Below, piece after piece: positions 49,318 through 63,600 of a stretch of DNA of 64,000 nt (the stretch's first letter is position 1; each line of letters opens with the position of its first letter). Under the pieces are notes generated by a model. That model was not told where the DNA came from, did not search any database, and was given only the letters and a program-made list of their open reading frames with translations. A program made the position numbers and the translations under genes. The DNA comes from Dicyema japonicum (Eukaryota > Animalia > Dicyemida): contig RDEW01000007.1 in the NCBI GenBank assembly GCA_011109175.1, positions 153,424 to 217,423 of the forward strand, read 5' to 3'.

Positions 49318-51590
49318 TTATATTTTAATAATATTAATAACAAATCCAGAAATAATAATAAGTAATAGAGTTATTCCAATATTGACAATATTATAGTGAT
49401 TAACCAATTTCATTTTATATATTGCCAATTTAGATGATAACCACGTCTCAAATAATTGTCCAGCATTCGTATAATATAATTCAGCAGAATGCAAATCCTT
49501 ACCAATTCCCAAACCATGTTCATACATATATCCAATATTAAACATTGCTTCATAATCAGTGAGTGATATAGCCAAATAATGATTAAAGGCGGAGGACATA
49601 TCAGTCGAAATACCCAATCCATGGTAATACATTTCTGCTAATATTTTGTGAGCACCCATATTATTATGTTTGACCAATCTCTTGAGTAATTGGACAAGTC
49701 TTTCATTAGCATTATTTATATTCAATTTAATGATTCCCTTCAAATCTATGATAATACTACACTTAACTTTTATAGAGAATATAGACTGCATTATCAATAG
49801 CAGGGACAACCCCTATTTCAATCAAAAAGGTATAATAATTGTATGCTCTCTGATAATCCCCATTCTTCCATAATCTATAAGCTTTCATTGCTAAATATCT
49901 CCAAGGACCATTATCTGTGACTACTTGGTTGAGCTATAATATCACAATTTGGTAACCTCAGCAGATATTGAACATGATTCAAATATTCCCAATCCAATAG
50001 CATGTTGCTCAGCCAAATAGAAAATAGAAGGAATATTTTTCATAACACTTCCCAAAGTGAATATTTCTCTTGCATTATATTTTTCACTATCATCATATCC
50101 AATCCCGAACAATTTCATTATTCCATAATGTAAACAAGCATTTCCATCCTTAAATGTATTATCGTCAGTAAAATAGTTAGCATAACTAGTATTGAGGTAT
50201 TCTCTAGCACGTGTATAATTCTGATCAACTCCCAATCCATATAAATACATAATTCCAAGTCCAGTATATGCCTCTGACATATTATAACTAACTCCTTTGT
50301 CAAACAGAAACTTTGCATAACTATAATTCTTTGAAATGAAGGGAGTTCCCTCCAAGTAAAACTATTATAATAACAATACTAACATGGCCAAGGAATGAGG
50401 CGGCTTCCATAGAACCATGAGAATATGCATCATTAAAAATATCAAATGCTTGTTTTAAAGCATTAGGATTATATGATGAATCACCCAGAAGGAATTTAGC
50501 CACATCAAGCTGAGTTTGGGAATGTTTTGAAAAGAATAGAGACACATAGTTAATATATTCTGATTGAGAACTATCCCATGATATATAGTTGTGTCTATCC
50601 TTAGAAATGGTAGGGAAGTCACCAATAATACTCTCCCATTTGGTCATATTTGTGACAACTATTAATTAATCACTAAAATACTTAATTTAGATATATCCCT
50701 AAGACGATCATTCGCCTGATGACAATCCTTCTCTACTGATATTCCACGTAAATATCTATGAGCCTTATATTATTCAAACAATAACCATATTAAGACCAGC
50801 AAACATATTCTTCTCATAATCTGAACTTTGAATGAACATTAGTCCACGTGGAAGATCAGCATCAACATAAAGTCCTACAGAATAGAATAAGCCAATAGCC
50901 TTAATAAATAATAATAATACATATTGTGCGAATGAAGAACCCTCCAATGCTAAATTAGTAAGACTATTTACATGTTCTGTCTGGTTATCATACAAAACAT
51001 CCATTAAAGTGATAAAGCTGTAAATAGCATTACCATTATTTCCGAGTCCTTTAAGGGTATTCAATCTCAATATACAACTAATTGTACTCAGAGTTATTCA
51101 AATCCTCAATAAACCATTTGTTAAGAATGTCATTGTGGGGAAGTGAAAATGAATCCTTATGAGTAGTCCAAAAATCATTGAAATCATCAATTCCACTAAA
51201 AGACATGTAAGGAGAGGAGATAACTAATATATATTTATCAATTACTTCGAATTCTATCATTATTTTTCACAACGTTCAATACTAATCATTATGAATCCTT
51301 ATGAGTAGTCCAAAAATCATTGAAATCATCAATTCCACTAAAAGACATGTAAGGAGAGGAGATAACTAATATATATTTATCAATTACTTCGAATTCTATC
51401 ATTATTTTTCACAACGTTCAATACTAATCATTATATACATAAATACGCTTAGAAGATGATCTTTTGTCGTGGGAATCTATATATTTGATGTTATAATAAT
51501 ACTTATTCTTTCATATAATGAATTGTCAAATAATTGTCGGGATTCTACTTTTAGTATAATTATGGTTAATAAGAACATGGTACACATCAT
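49318..51590 (-). CDS. SEL1L: SEL1L/HRD3-like Sel1-repeat ERAD protein; 10 micro-introns of 21-26 nt; 5' part affected by exact tandem duplications
   Basis: Signal peptide, Sel1 repeats (AYTGLGIMYLYGLGVDQNYTRAREY, AMFNIGYMYEHGLGIGKDLHSAELYY) and C-terminal TM. The frame stays open after splicing when the 142-bp duplicate is removed. Confidence 0.85.
51149..51432. repeat. Exact 142-bp tandem duplication inside SEL1L
   Basis: 51149..51290 equals 51291..51432. Confidence 0.95.
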
Positions 51591-51808
51591 CCCTTTTATT
51601 TATTTTAATTTTATGTAATTTAAAATAATTATAAATATTGGGAATCTATATATTTGATGTTATAATAATACTTATTCTTTCATATAATGAATTGTCAAAT
51701 AATTGTCGGGATTCTACTTTTAGTATAATTATGGTTAATAAGAACATGGTACACATCATCCCTTTTATTTATTTTAATTTTATGTAATTTAAAATAATTA
51801 TAAATATT
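51471..51808. repeat. Exact 169-bp tandem duplication spanning the SEL1L start and promoter
   Basis: 51471..51639 equals 51640..51808. Confidence 0.95.
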
Positions 51809-51839
51809 ATTAAACATTCTTAAAGAATACTCATACAAA

Positions 51840-54800
51840 CTCCACTTCACTGGGGGATTTCCATAAATACGAAGAATGGACGTTTTCCACTTCTCTACCG
51901 ACGTTTTTCTTTAATCGAACTACTCTCGTCTATTGTTAGAAGGTCGTTGTGATACTTTTTCATGCCTGTCGTTAGAAAAGCTACTACAAAAAAGAATACT
52001 AAAATCAAAAAGACTAACTCTGGAGAGGTCTTAAAGGAGAATTATATTGAAAACGATGAGACTACCTCTGGAGGGGTTTTAAAGAATAGCTGTATTGAAA
52101 ATGTTAAGGATCTGTCTCTGAAGCCTCCTTTTGAATACTCTGGGAATGCTTTTATACAAATCACTGTTATGTCAAATATGGGAGCCATCAAAATCTCTAA
52201 CTTACTGTACTCGTTCGACTTGACAGGGTCTATCAGATTGAGCCACAAAGGCTCCGGGATCTTCCGCCTCGAATTCAGGAAGGAGGAGGACAAAAGAAAC
52301 TTTTGTGAACATGTGAATGCTACTTCACCTTTTGGTCTTGGAAACCATTGCTTCAGTGAAATCCGAGTGAGACCGCCTGAAATTGTGTTGAAGAACCTGC
52401 CCTTTTGTGTTGATGATAACGACCTTCATGAATTTGTCAAGAAATTAGCTTCCTCTACTACGAGCATATGCCGTTTCTACAAGGGAGATAGGACACTCCC
52501 TCTTGCAAAAGTTCTAGTTGGATCAAGGGCGGAGGCTACATAGAATGTCACTCTTGGTTTCAACGTTGCCCACGTGCCAATTACATGTAAATAGTACAGA
52601 AGAGGCTCACCTAGGTGTTTCAAGTGCTAACGCTATAGACACATATCCTCCTTCTGTAAGGAGAAGACAAAATGTCTCCGTTGTGCAGGGGAACACGACC
52701 TGACTGCTTGTGGAGAGATTCCTGGGAACATAATGAATTGCATAAATTGTGGCTCGTCCTCACATTGTGCCAGATATGGTGGATGCCCAGCCGCCAAGAA
52801 ATCTGATCAGAGGAAAGCAACTAAAGGCGATGGACATGCGATAATAGGCAATATTGGGAGAACGTGGACAGCAAAGACAGTTATGTCAAAGTCGGCACCT
52901 AAAATTTGTCGAAAACCGAAGGATGTCTCACCCAATCTATCAGAGAAGATACACGCTGAAATATCGGAGATTATGTCTCGGTTAAACAGTTTGTGCTCTA
53001 TTGCACATGCGGATTTAATGGAAACGGTGACCTTGGCTTTGAAGAAGCAAGGTCACCTAAATGTTTGAAGCAAGGACTAAAAATAGTGCTAGTGAATGCC
53101 TGATCCTTAGGGAAAATGCATAATAAACTAGCACTACTTGGAGGGCCTCCAAGATCGACATCTTGGTTGTCATTGAGACGAAATTAAAGAAAGCGAAGAG
53201 TAATATAATGACTGGATACAATTCTGTGGACATTTTATGGAAGGCTGGAGCAGTTGCTGGTACGGGAACGTCTATTTTCTACCGGGAATGCCTCCGAATT
53301 CGTAATCCAAAAGTCGTTTGTGATGCATTGTGTGAATTTGTAAGCATGGGCGTTTGATGCGACGGAGTATGGATTAGTGTGGAGGTCTATACTCTAAGAA
53401 TCTTGAGACTTGTTCTACAGATATCACTGAGTTCTACAACAAGAATCCTTATACTATCTTAATTGGGGATCTTAATTCGAAGAACACTAGTTATGGTTGT
53501 AGCAAAACAAATCAACATGGACGACGTTTAGAAATATTGTCTGATTCATGTGGCTTTGTGATCCTTACGTCGGATGACCCAAATCATTTTTCTTATCGTG
53601 GTGGCGACAAACTCGGCGTGTTCCTAGTATCGCCAGCTCTATCTGTGTATGTGGAAAAGCCAAAAACTCTATGGGATATCGGGAGTGACCATATTCCACA
53701 AGTATTAGTTATTACTTTGAGACCAGATGTTTGGAAGATGTCTTCTTGAGGTTCAACATATCTAATTTGGATTGGGCCCACTATAGGGTCTTCATATCCA
53801 ATAATTTGTTTGTTCTACTGAGAGAGTTTTCAACCATAGAAGGTATCAATGCTGCAAGTAGAGAATTAACAAATCTACTGCAGTCATATCTTCGTCTGTA
53901 TTCACGAAGGGTTTTCTCAAAAAAATCATTATTTTGTTTCGTCAATTATTATGAGGCTTATTTGGGAGAGGAATCGCCTAAGGGCAAAGCAAAGACGTTG
54001 TGTTGACAAAATAGACGGGGAATTCATATCAGCCAGAATCAGGATGATGAAGGAAGCAATCAGCAATATATGGAAGGAGGAGACTGACCGTATATGGAGG
54101 GCTGAGGCTGCAAAAATTGATATGAAGAATCCCTCTTTTTGGAAATGCTATCAGAAGATAATGTGTCCGAAGTCAGGTGCAGAAAAAATTATACTGGATA
54201 AACCAGACGGGGGAGTATGCATAACGGAGGAAGCACCTTCAATATTCAAGGATCAGCTCCAAAAAATTCAGGGTGTGGATCCGTGGAGTTTGATCCTTGA
54301 TAACAAAAAGAAGGTGTCTGCCGATATATTTAAACACTCTGACAAGGAACTACTTATTGCTGATAGCACTGTCAGCATCTTTGAAGTGATGAAAGCTATT
54401 AGGGAATGCAAGGTCAATGCTCCAGGATATGACCACATATCAATGAAACTTATCAAAGAGCGTCCGGATATTTTGTTTGACTATCTGCGATGTCTTTATG
54501 ACGGGTGTTTGCGACTTGGCCACTTGCCTCTAATATGGAAGAAAGCTGTTGTGAGGATGATTCCAAAACCAGGGAAGCCAAAAAGAGATCCGGCAAGCTA
54601 CAGACCAATTAGCTTGATATGTTCTTTCGTGAAAGTGATTGAACGTATCATTTTCAAAAGGCTAAGCAGACATATAAAAGAAAACGACCTTCTGATTCTG
54701 GAGCAGTAGGGTTTTCGTCTCGGAAGAAACTGTGCAAACTGTTTCTTTCTACTGAATTCTGAAATCATGAAACAAAGGATTCCAAGAGACAAATAAACTT

Positions 54801-56006
54801 ATTATGTCTTGATATCTCGAAAGCATTCGACAGTGTATGCCATGAAGCGTTGTTAAAGCAGCTTGTATCAGCATGTGTTCCAACATACCTATTTGTTTGG
54901 CTAAGAAATTATCTTCAGGAAAGATAATCTTTTGTGANAGAAGAGAATGACTTTCTGTTTCCTGAGCAGTAGGGTTTTTTCCAGAAGAAGCTGTGCAGAC
55001 TGTTCCTTTCTACTAAATTGTGGAATCATGAAAACAAGGGATTCCAAGAGGCAAATAACTCATTATGTCTTGATATCTCGAAAGCATTCGACAGTGTATG
55101 CCATGAAGCGTTGTTAAAGCAGCTTGTGTTCCAAGATACCTATTTGTTTGGCTAAGAAGTTATCTTCAGGAAATACTATTTTTTGTGAAGGTTTGTGGAA
55201 ATATATCCGATGCAATGTTATTCAAGAGAAGAATACCACAAGGTTCAGTATTGAGCCCTATTTTGTTTAATATATTCATTGCGAGTTTTCCACGTCCGAG
55301 GAATATTAATACAGTATGACCTCCATTTGGAACAGACCTCTGTTTTGGGAAACCTCTGTTTTTGGGACAATTTTTCAAAATGGATGCTCCGAATGGAGGT
55401 TATACTGTACTAGACTTCTTATTTATGCGGATGACGTAATCGTGGTAAACACAAATCTTCTATATCTGAAGGAAAAATCCGGGAGTATGTAAACCAGATT
55501 GACCAATGGTGCAGCTTGAGAGGGTTAAAGCTCTCTACTGAAAAGTCATGTACACTCCGAATAAGCAATGTGAAAAGTACCTGAAACAGAAATACACACT
55601 GGGAGTAAACAATGCACACAATCTGCGCTACCTGGTGGTCGACCATGGACACGCAGGATATTACATGGACGACATAAAGGAGAAAAGAAAGAGAGCTTTT
55701 CAATCACTCCTATGTACAAGGAAGTTATACGTTAGCATTGACACCTACCTATTCATCCTCAAAGGAGTTATTCTCCACAGCCTACTTTATGAGTGCGAGA
55801 AGTGGTTCTCCTCTCCGTAGAAGGAGAAGATCTTATTCATCCTAGAGAAGACTAGGAGGGCTGCAATTAAGCTTTCCGTAAACAAGAAATCGAAAGACTG
55901 TCTAAGCGAGGACGAAAACAAGCAGTTAGAGCTGATTGGCAGGATTGCGGAGGATCGGATCAATAGTTTCAGAAAGAGATTAAAGATCCAGGACACGTAT
56001 ATAAAA
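51840..56006 (+). mobile_element. Near full-length Jockey-like LINE family J1 (ORF1 with three Cys/His knuckles; ORF2 APE+RT), degraded
   Basis: ORF1 51962..53068 (IVLKNLP, knuckles); ORF2 IDILVVIETKL, GSDHIP, DPASYRPISL, LDISKAFDSV, IPQGSVLSP, YADD. Internal duplication around an N at about 54937. Confidence 0.92.
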
Positions 56007-57469
56007 CTCGGAAAACCTCTTTATCACATTTCCATCGTGTTCTTTTAGACATATTTTCTCCACAAATCTGTATACTCTTGAATGCCTTTTCGCGTGCTCT
56101 ACTAAGGTTGTCTTCTTCATTATAAACAATGGGCTCACATGATTATGGATTTTACGGGTAGGTTGAACCCATAAAATTATAAAATGGAATCTGTCTCGTG
56201 CTTTTATGAATAGTAATATTTTATTGAAATAAAATATATTTGTTTCTAAATCGGCCATTCCGTATTTTTAAAAACTTTCGATTACTACCACAACCTTTTA
56301 ATTACTTAATTCTAATACCCATGAGTATTCGTCGTTTATGTGAGAACAAGTCGATAAGATCGGCTAGATATTTGTCACGAGGTTTTTTTTAATTATAAGC
56401 GAAATTGGAGGTTTAGTCGACATTATTCTTGTGGTTTGACAAAAGATGCACCTATTACTTCTTGAACTTCTTTTCTCGTTAGATTGTACATTCTTTAAAA
56501 GACTGTATAACCTGTCTCTACCAAAATGGCATAATTGTGTTCAGTATATTTTTAAATCAGCAACACTAGTTACCTCAATCACTAGAATCTTTTATTCTGT
56601 TTGATCAGACGTAAAAAATCTCATCATGAATCCATTTTAAGGTAAAATTGTTTTTTATTTTCAAACTCAAAAGATTCACAATTTACTGAGCTCATATTTT
56701 GGCCTTTTATGAATTTGAGGACAATCATAATTCATTTTTAATTTTTATATTTTTTCCATTTCGTACGGCGACAGACTCAGGTAACTCATTTTATCGTGTG
56801 GAATGGATTATACTTTATTAAAATAGTATTAAAAAATATATAATAAATTGATATCATTATCTCATTATTTTATAAAATAATATGTTTTATTCTAAAAATG
56901 TGAAGTACAGTCGGCAAATGGCGGGNTATTTGGAAACTTTGTGACCAATTCTGAAACACGAGATAAAGGAAACCAATCCAGCCTCATTCGGGTCTCTTCC
57001 GTTCCTACGTTCAATGTCAAAAATATTGGAAAAACTAATTTTTTTAATAACTAAGGACGATCTACTAGACATGTCAATTCAGCACATGTTCAAAACAGAA
57101 CACTCAACTTCCACCTAATTTTACACACTGACAGTTTTGATCGTCATTGGATTCGCAAACCAATCATCTAAAAGCTGTTCTCTGTTTCGTGAATGTTCAT
57201 AATCGAATCTGTTCCTATGAGAAAATTAACTTGGAAAATATTCCATTAGGAATTTCTAGAAACTTTAGTTGATTAATTTTTCTTAGTGGAAAAGGTGGTC
57301 AAGAATTACATTCTACATGAAATATTTCGGATAACATTTCAGACACTTGGGCGACCCACTAAGATTTTGTAAGGAAAAAAGAGAACATGTGACTTTTACA
57401 ATTAACAACAGTGACATGAATGTAAAAAAAATTTTTTTCTATTAAAGTGTCACGTACGTACAGGAAGTG

Positions 57470-57570
57470 AGTCAGTTCTCTGGACAAACACCGTGAAAGG
57501 ATGAGGCGGATTTTAAAGAACGCCGGGATCACCTGACGACCACGTATCTTTTTAATATGTCTGATTTAAA
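57470..57570 (+). mobile_element. Extreme 3' end of an I/Jockey-like LINE
   Basis: LWTN.V...ILKNAGIT* (57522..57536). Confidence 0.65.
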
Positions 57571-57649
57571 TAAATATTTTGTGGATACTCAGATTGGTAG
57601 TTTATTTATTAATATTTATTCTATTAAGGAATATTTTGATAAAGTTATT

Positions 57650-60600
57650 AATAATCCCAATTAAATTAGTAAATATCTAATGTGCGTAAATAATCCTTAA
57701 AAGGCGGCAATTTCATTTTCATCGAACAAACCGATAATTCTCTCAAACAAATAATTCATTAAGCATATTTCTGTTTTATATCATTCTTAACATTATCGGA
57801 TATATGTGCTTTGTTTATTCTTCCAGAAAATATATTGAGGGAATTGAGCCACACAAACATCTTTCTCAATATTCTATTATTAATAAACATGCCATACATC
57901 TATAATCCTACTTGATAATATTTTGTCTAATTTATTCACAAATTCATCCAAATCACGTCTGAATTTCATTACATCCTCATTTGTAATACTACTTGGCATT
58001 AATTTATTGCATTCATTAATAATTCCAATATTCAATCTGTCATATTCATCACACATATCTCTTAAATGGTCATTATGCGGATTTATTCTCAGTAGATTTT
58101 CAGCCCAAATACGTGGATAACTCAAAAGCCTTTCATTTTCTGTTTTAAACTGCAAAAGTTAGAAAAGTCAATTACTCGTATAATTGAAGGAAACTTATTG
58201 AATTTTTCTAAATTTTTAATAAAGTTTATTGTCAAATTAATAATATTTATTATTTCATTTTCATTTTCTAATCTAAAGTCTTCCAAAATAATTCCAGTCA
58301 AGGAGATCAAATTATTCCACGCAGAAATAACATGTTCGAAATTTTCAGTAATATTCCCCTTCAAGTCATTCCTTCCTTCTAAATCAAGATTTTCATAGGA
58401 AACAATCAATTTCCCCATAAGTAATAAATTTTGGTATAATAAATTAATGTTAATCTGTAAAATATATCAATATATAAACCAAATCATCTCTTTCCTCATT
58501 TAATATATCATGGAATTGTTTATTCAGTTTTACTATTAATTCTATATTTTGGTGACAAATTTCCGTAAAATTATTCCATTTGCTGAGAGTCTCTTTAAGC
58601 CAATGTTTACGATTATTAATCATTATTTTAGCCTGTTTAGCATATTCGGATATATTTTCTAGTGATTTCTGTAATTTTTTCTGTTCATTATTACAAATGT
58701 TCCCGGTTAATTCACATAAATCACTCAATGATTGTATTCCTCCTACATGTTCATCAATTTCCTGTTCCAATTCCTAAATAAATTAATATAGAGTAACATT
58801 TAGTTTGTTAGTAAATGAATCAACTTCTGCAGATGTTCCGTCAACAAACACTAATGGAATGTTTAGGGAGTCTCTAGTTAACGACAACCATTCCTCTAAT
58901 ATATCAAAATCATGATTTATTGATAATGACTCTTTTGCATTGACAATACTACAATATAACATGATAATACTATTTTATCCCCCGGTACAGCAGTGATTTC
59001 CATTTCAAGTCAACTTCATCTAACAGTCTAGATTTTTCGGGTGGTACATTTCCTAGTTTTGTCAGCTGTGTTTTATGATTTTTGAATTGTCTAATCAATG
59101 CCTCGACATATGGTAGAGGATTTTCTGAACTTTTCATATTCTTTAGTATGTCTTCAGCTTTTCTACAATTTTATATATTTTGTCTGGTAGATTAACAGGT
59201 ACTTTAAGTCTTCTTTTAATTTCCTCCTCAATTTTTGAAAGTTTATTAGTTATACAAACAACATCAAAAACCCAATCAAATTTTGTAGGAGCAATCTTTT
59301 TGGCAATTATTTTTAAGTGTCTGTTTGTAGTCTTTCCTTTCTTTATATATTTTTTAAGTTCAACGAGTGATTCATCAGACACATTTTTGTTCATAATATT
59401 TTCAATATAAAATAATATCTCATTCAATGATGTTAATAATTGTTTCAATTTATCTTCGTCATCTATTCCACAATATTCACTTTCAGCAGTCTCATTCTCG
59501 TTTATGCTAAATTTATGATAACAAATACTTTAACATAACACCCGCTATTTTTGACATTTCATTCTTAAAATAGTCCATTACTTTATTATATTTTGTATTA
59601 TTTGATATTTTTGATAATGGTACTTCCATCTTCTTTATAATGTCTTGTAGTTTTTTCATTTTGAGGGGAATTGTATCTTCTGACCTGTTATTTAACTCTC
59701 TGTGACATTCTTCCAATATATTCTGTCCCTTCTCTGCATAAATATTAAATTCTTGTTGGGCCTACAAATTTATACTTTCAATCACATCTTTTTGTATCAT
59801 TTCCTCGTTTTCGACAAGTTTAATAGATTTTAAACTAATTTTATTTAAAATGGAAAACTTTTCTATTTTCTCATTAACTGAATTCAATCGATCTCTAAGT
59901 CTGTTTACTGTAAGAGACATTCCATCATTTTGTGCAAATTCACTCAAAATTTCAATTTTTACATTTAATTGCTTTAAATGTGAAAGTATTTCTTGGATGT
60001 TTTCCAATTTAAGCTCCGCTTGATTTTCGTATGACTCAAGACTTTGAACAATTTCTTCATGCATATCATAATATGTAAAATTTTCGTATTTAAATGATCT
60101 ACGGTTATTAATTAAATTACATTGTTTCATCCATAATACTTAAATCAAACTAATTTGCTCATTACAATAAAACCTGATTGCTTTCTTTCAACGAAGCTTC
60201 ATGAATTCGGTTAAACTATAATATACATACATTATACTTGTGAGGACAAACAATTGTATCTTTCTCGTAAATTAAACTTTTCATTTTCAACCCATTGTAT
60301 TGTCCTAAGTGATCTCTCAATCGCTAATAACAAGGGCTCTTTATGCTTGATTTCCCTCAATATTTTATCAATCTAGTAAATTATAATTTATTTGACCTAT
60401 TAAGAAAATTCCTGAGCATTATAAATACTATATTTGTCAAGTTTCCTTTCATGATTGATAACCCATTTGTCAAAATCTTCTTTTTTATCTTCAATTACAC
60501 CCCACTCAGCCTTTTCCGACTTAAATCTCGTAGCAATCCCATTTATCTACCAGTCAATCGTTCGTTAAATTTATTATGACAATTTACTTATTCTGCTCTT

Positions 60601-63600
60601 AATTTTTGTACTTTCATTCCAAATGAACCTTCAAATTCGTCAAATGAGTAATTTATGACATTCTGCTCTATTATTTTGTCAAGTTGTCCATGTTTTTGTT
60701 TAATATTTTCAATAAATTGCTTTAATAGGAAAATAATAAATTTCAGTCGCCTCACTGTAGTATCTGAAAGCTGTTCTGGATGAGGTTGATTTTCTGTTCT
60801 CATTTTCTCTAATCCGCAAATTTCCATTGAAATTGATAAAATTCGAAATTTCTGAACATTCCTTTTCATGTATCTTTTCCTTTTTAAATTCATTTTCAAA
60901 TAATTCCTTTTAAATAATAAAATACAAAACCTTTTCCTCTTTGATTTTAATAGAAATATCTTTGCATTCATTCTCAAGTGCTTTAAGTCTTGGATAAATT
61001 TCATCAGGATGTTTTAATAAATCACAGGCAATTCTAGAGATGTAGTCAATTCGCTCCTTCAAGGAACTCAGCATTTTGTCACATTCTGAGGATAAATGAT
61101 ACTAAAACTTTCAAAATCTGTAATTTTTGTGGCAAACCATATCTGCCATTGTTGACATTTTCAAATGTATCTTTCAAACATCCCAAATCACTTTCAATTT
61201 TTACGACTTTATTTAATAAATCTTCTATTTCCTTACTTTCGGCAATCAACTGAGTCTCGTAACTCTGGGATCAGTTTATAAAGTGATACCAAAATATCTC
61301 TATAAAGTTCATTGTATAAAATGGCAGTTCGTTCATTAATAATACACGACGAAGCAAATGCACTCTTTAATAATATTAAAATATTCATAAATTCCTTAAA
61401 ATTTATTTCACTTTTTTTCTAATGCATGGATAAGCATCTTAATATTACAAACTATAAACCTTTAATTTTTTTAATTTTTCTTTATTGGATAAGGATTTGC
61501 TAGTAATTTCATTAAAGTAAGACTCAGTTTCTTTAATCCAATTATTCAACTCGATCTCTACAATTAAACGAACGCAGACTTGCTGTTAACCAAATAAATA
61601 CTTTGGCATCAATCTCTCTATATTAAAGTGTATTTGGTTGAATTTAAGTTCTAGGTTCTCCCAGTTCTTACTATGGAAATCAAAATCATTCCGAATTGAT
61701 CTCTTTAACTCATCACCAGTAATAAAATTACTCGCATTATCACATGCTGTTGTGAAATGACTAAAAGAGTCACCAACTGTAGTTTTCATTTCGGTCATTT
61801 CCTTTAATAAAAATAAACTAAACATAAGTCATCTCTGAAAGGGTTGATTCATTGATTGTTTTATTTTGACTTGGAGATAACTTTAATATTTTTTCCAATT
61901 TCTTTTGAGCATAAATAAAACTATTTTTATGTTCTGTGTACAATTTACATGATTTATCAACATTTTCCCAATATTCTTTCATTTTCTAAATACAAATATT
62001 AATTGTAACTTTTAATTTTATTGTTAATTCTTTCAACTTAACAATATAAATTTGGGTATCATTGAGGCAAGTCACTGAATTATCCATATTATTTAAACAT
62101 CTCTGAAACACTAAATCACCTTGGGAGCTATTTCACAAGCATTTGAAAAATATTCCTACTTTTAAAACCACTATTAACTCCAATCTGTTGGGTATGACTT
62201 GAGACATCACTCAACAAAATAAATTCATCTTTTGAAGTAATTTTATCCGTTTTTACGATTAAGTCTTCAATTTCATCCCACAGAAATTTGTCAGCCAAAT
62301 GACTGCGTTGAGAATCATTGATAAAAGTTGATAATTTGCTACAAACTTCGTTTGCAGACTGTAAAAGGGTAGAATAATCATTCTTTAATTGTTCACAACT
62401 CATTCCTTCCAATTTTGTTGAAAAATCACTTATTTTATTATCAATGACTTCTCTGTGTTTTTTTACTATATTTTCAATTCTAGGACCTGTTCTCTTGATA
62501 TTCCTTATTAATTCCTTAAAATTATATTTTTATAATAACGCATAATGCTTTCAGATTTTCTTTAATCGCATTCAGAGATACAGAGTATCATTCAAGATTC
62601 AATTTCTCTCCACATTTGTCCCATCCATTGTAGAAGACTGTTTGTCTCCATCAATATGTTTAGATTGTCTTGATTTCCATTATCCCTCTCCTTAAATAAC
62701 ATAATAATACTTACTTTGCAAAGAGAATCAATGTGATTCAATCTTAAACGAAAATTAGTTAATTCTGAGTCTTCTCCATAAATTTTAGATACTCTGTTCG
62801 TACAATAATTGTCCAAAATTTTATGCATTTCAGGTATCTCATCACGTATTTTCTGGAAAATAATATAAAATGGACTTTTAATTGAAAATATTGTTCTGAT
62901 GTTAAATTTAGAGATAAATTTCGTAGAAAAATCTCGGCATTCTCTATTTGTTTTTCTAAGTTTTGTTTAAGAGTAACATTTTCATCAATCTGATCTCTCA
63001 TTCGACCTTAAATAAGTTCAATTTAACCAAAATTTCCTTTTAATGTTTGTAGTTTGTTTTCTTGGATTATAAACTCTCTGTTGTTTTCTTTTATAAAGTT
63101 TTTGTAAAAAATTAGGACAATTAAATAAAATTTCGCAATACTCTATTCTGAATTGTTCTGAGTCTAATTTATAGCCTTGGAGAGTATTTTCAACATTCTT
63201 AGTTATTGTAATATTTTTATACATTCAACATTTCTTCGTAAATCATTAGATCTTGTTTGTTTATTGGAGGCTGGTTTTCCAACTCTTCAATTTTGTCTGA
63301 ACTAAATTTGAGAGTCAATTTTTGGTTTGACAATTTCTCCATGGAACAATCGATGATATCATTTACTCGCAAGGCTTCCGAAAGAATGTTCTACCCAATA
63401 ATACGTACAACAACGTTAATGCCTTTTTTTAAATTTTCATAATTTTGAATAATTTTAACAATTTTACCATTCAAACATGAAGAACTGGGAACATCTTTAA
63501 TTTCTTCAATAGAAGGTCCCAGTTTTTCTATTGATTTCTTAAGGTTCTGTCAGTTTAAATACTCTTAGTTACCTGTGAACTTAAATTAATTCTGGGACAT

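Noticed and set aside
54680-55195. Internal duplication of the J1 RT region
   Set aside because: The junction contains an N and the copies differ slightly; probably a haplotype or scaffold join.
55980-57100. ORFs 55980..56258 and 56887..57072 as genes or transposase pieces
   Set aside because: No recognisable motif beyond a lone HNH; left unannotated.
62585-62600. Second possible TGA-for-Trp in the nesprin-like gene (KLNLE*YSVS)
   Set aside because: Lies in a region that needs an indel correction; alternative corrections remove the TGA.
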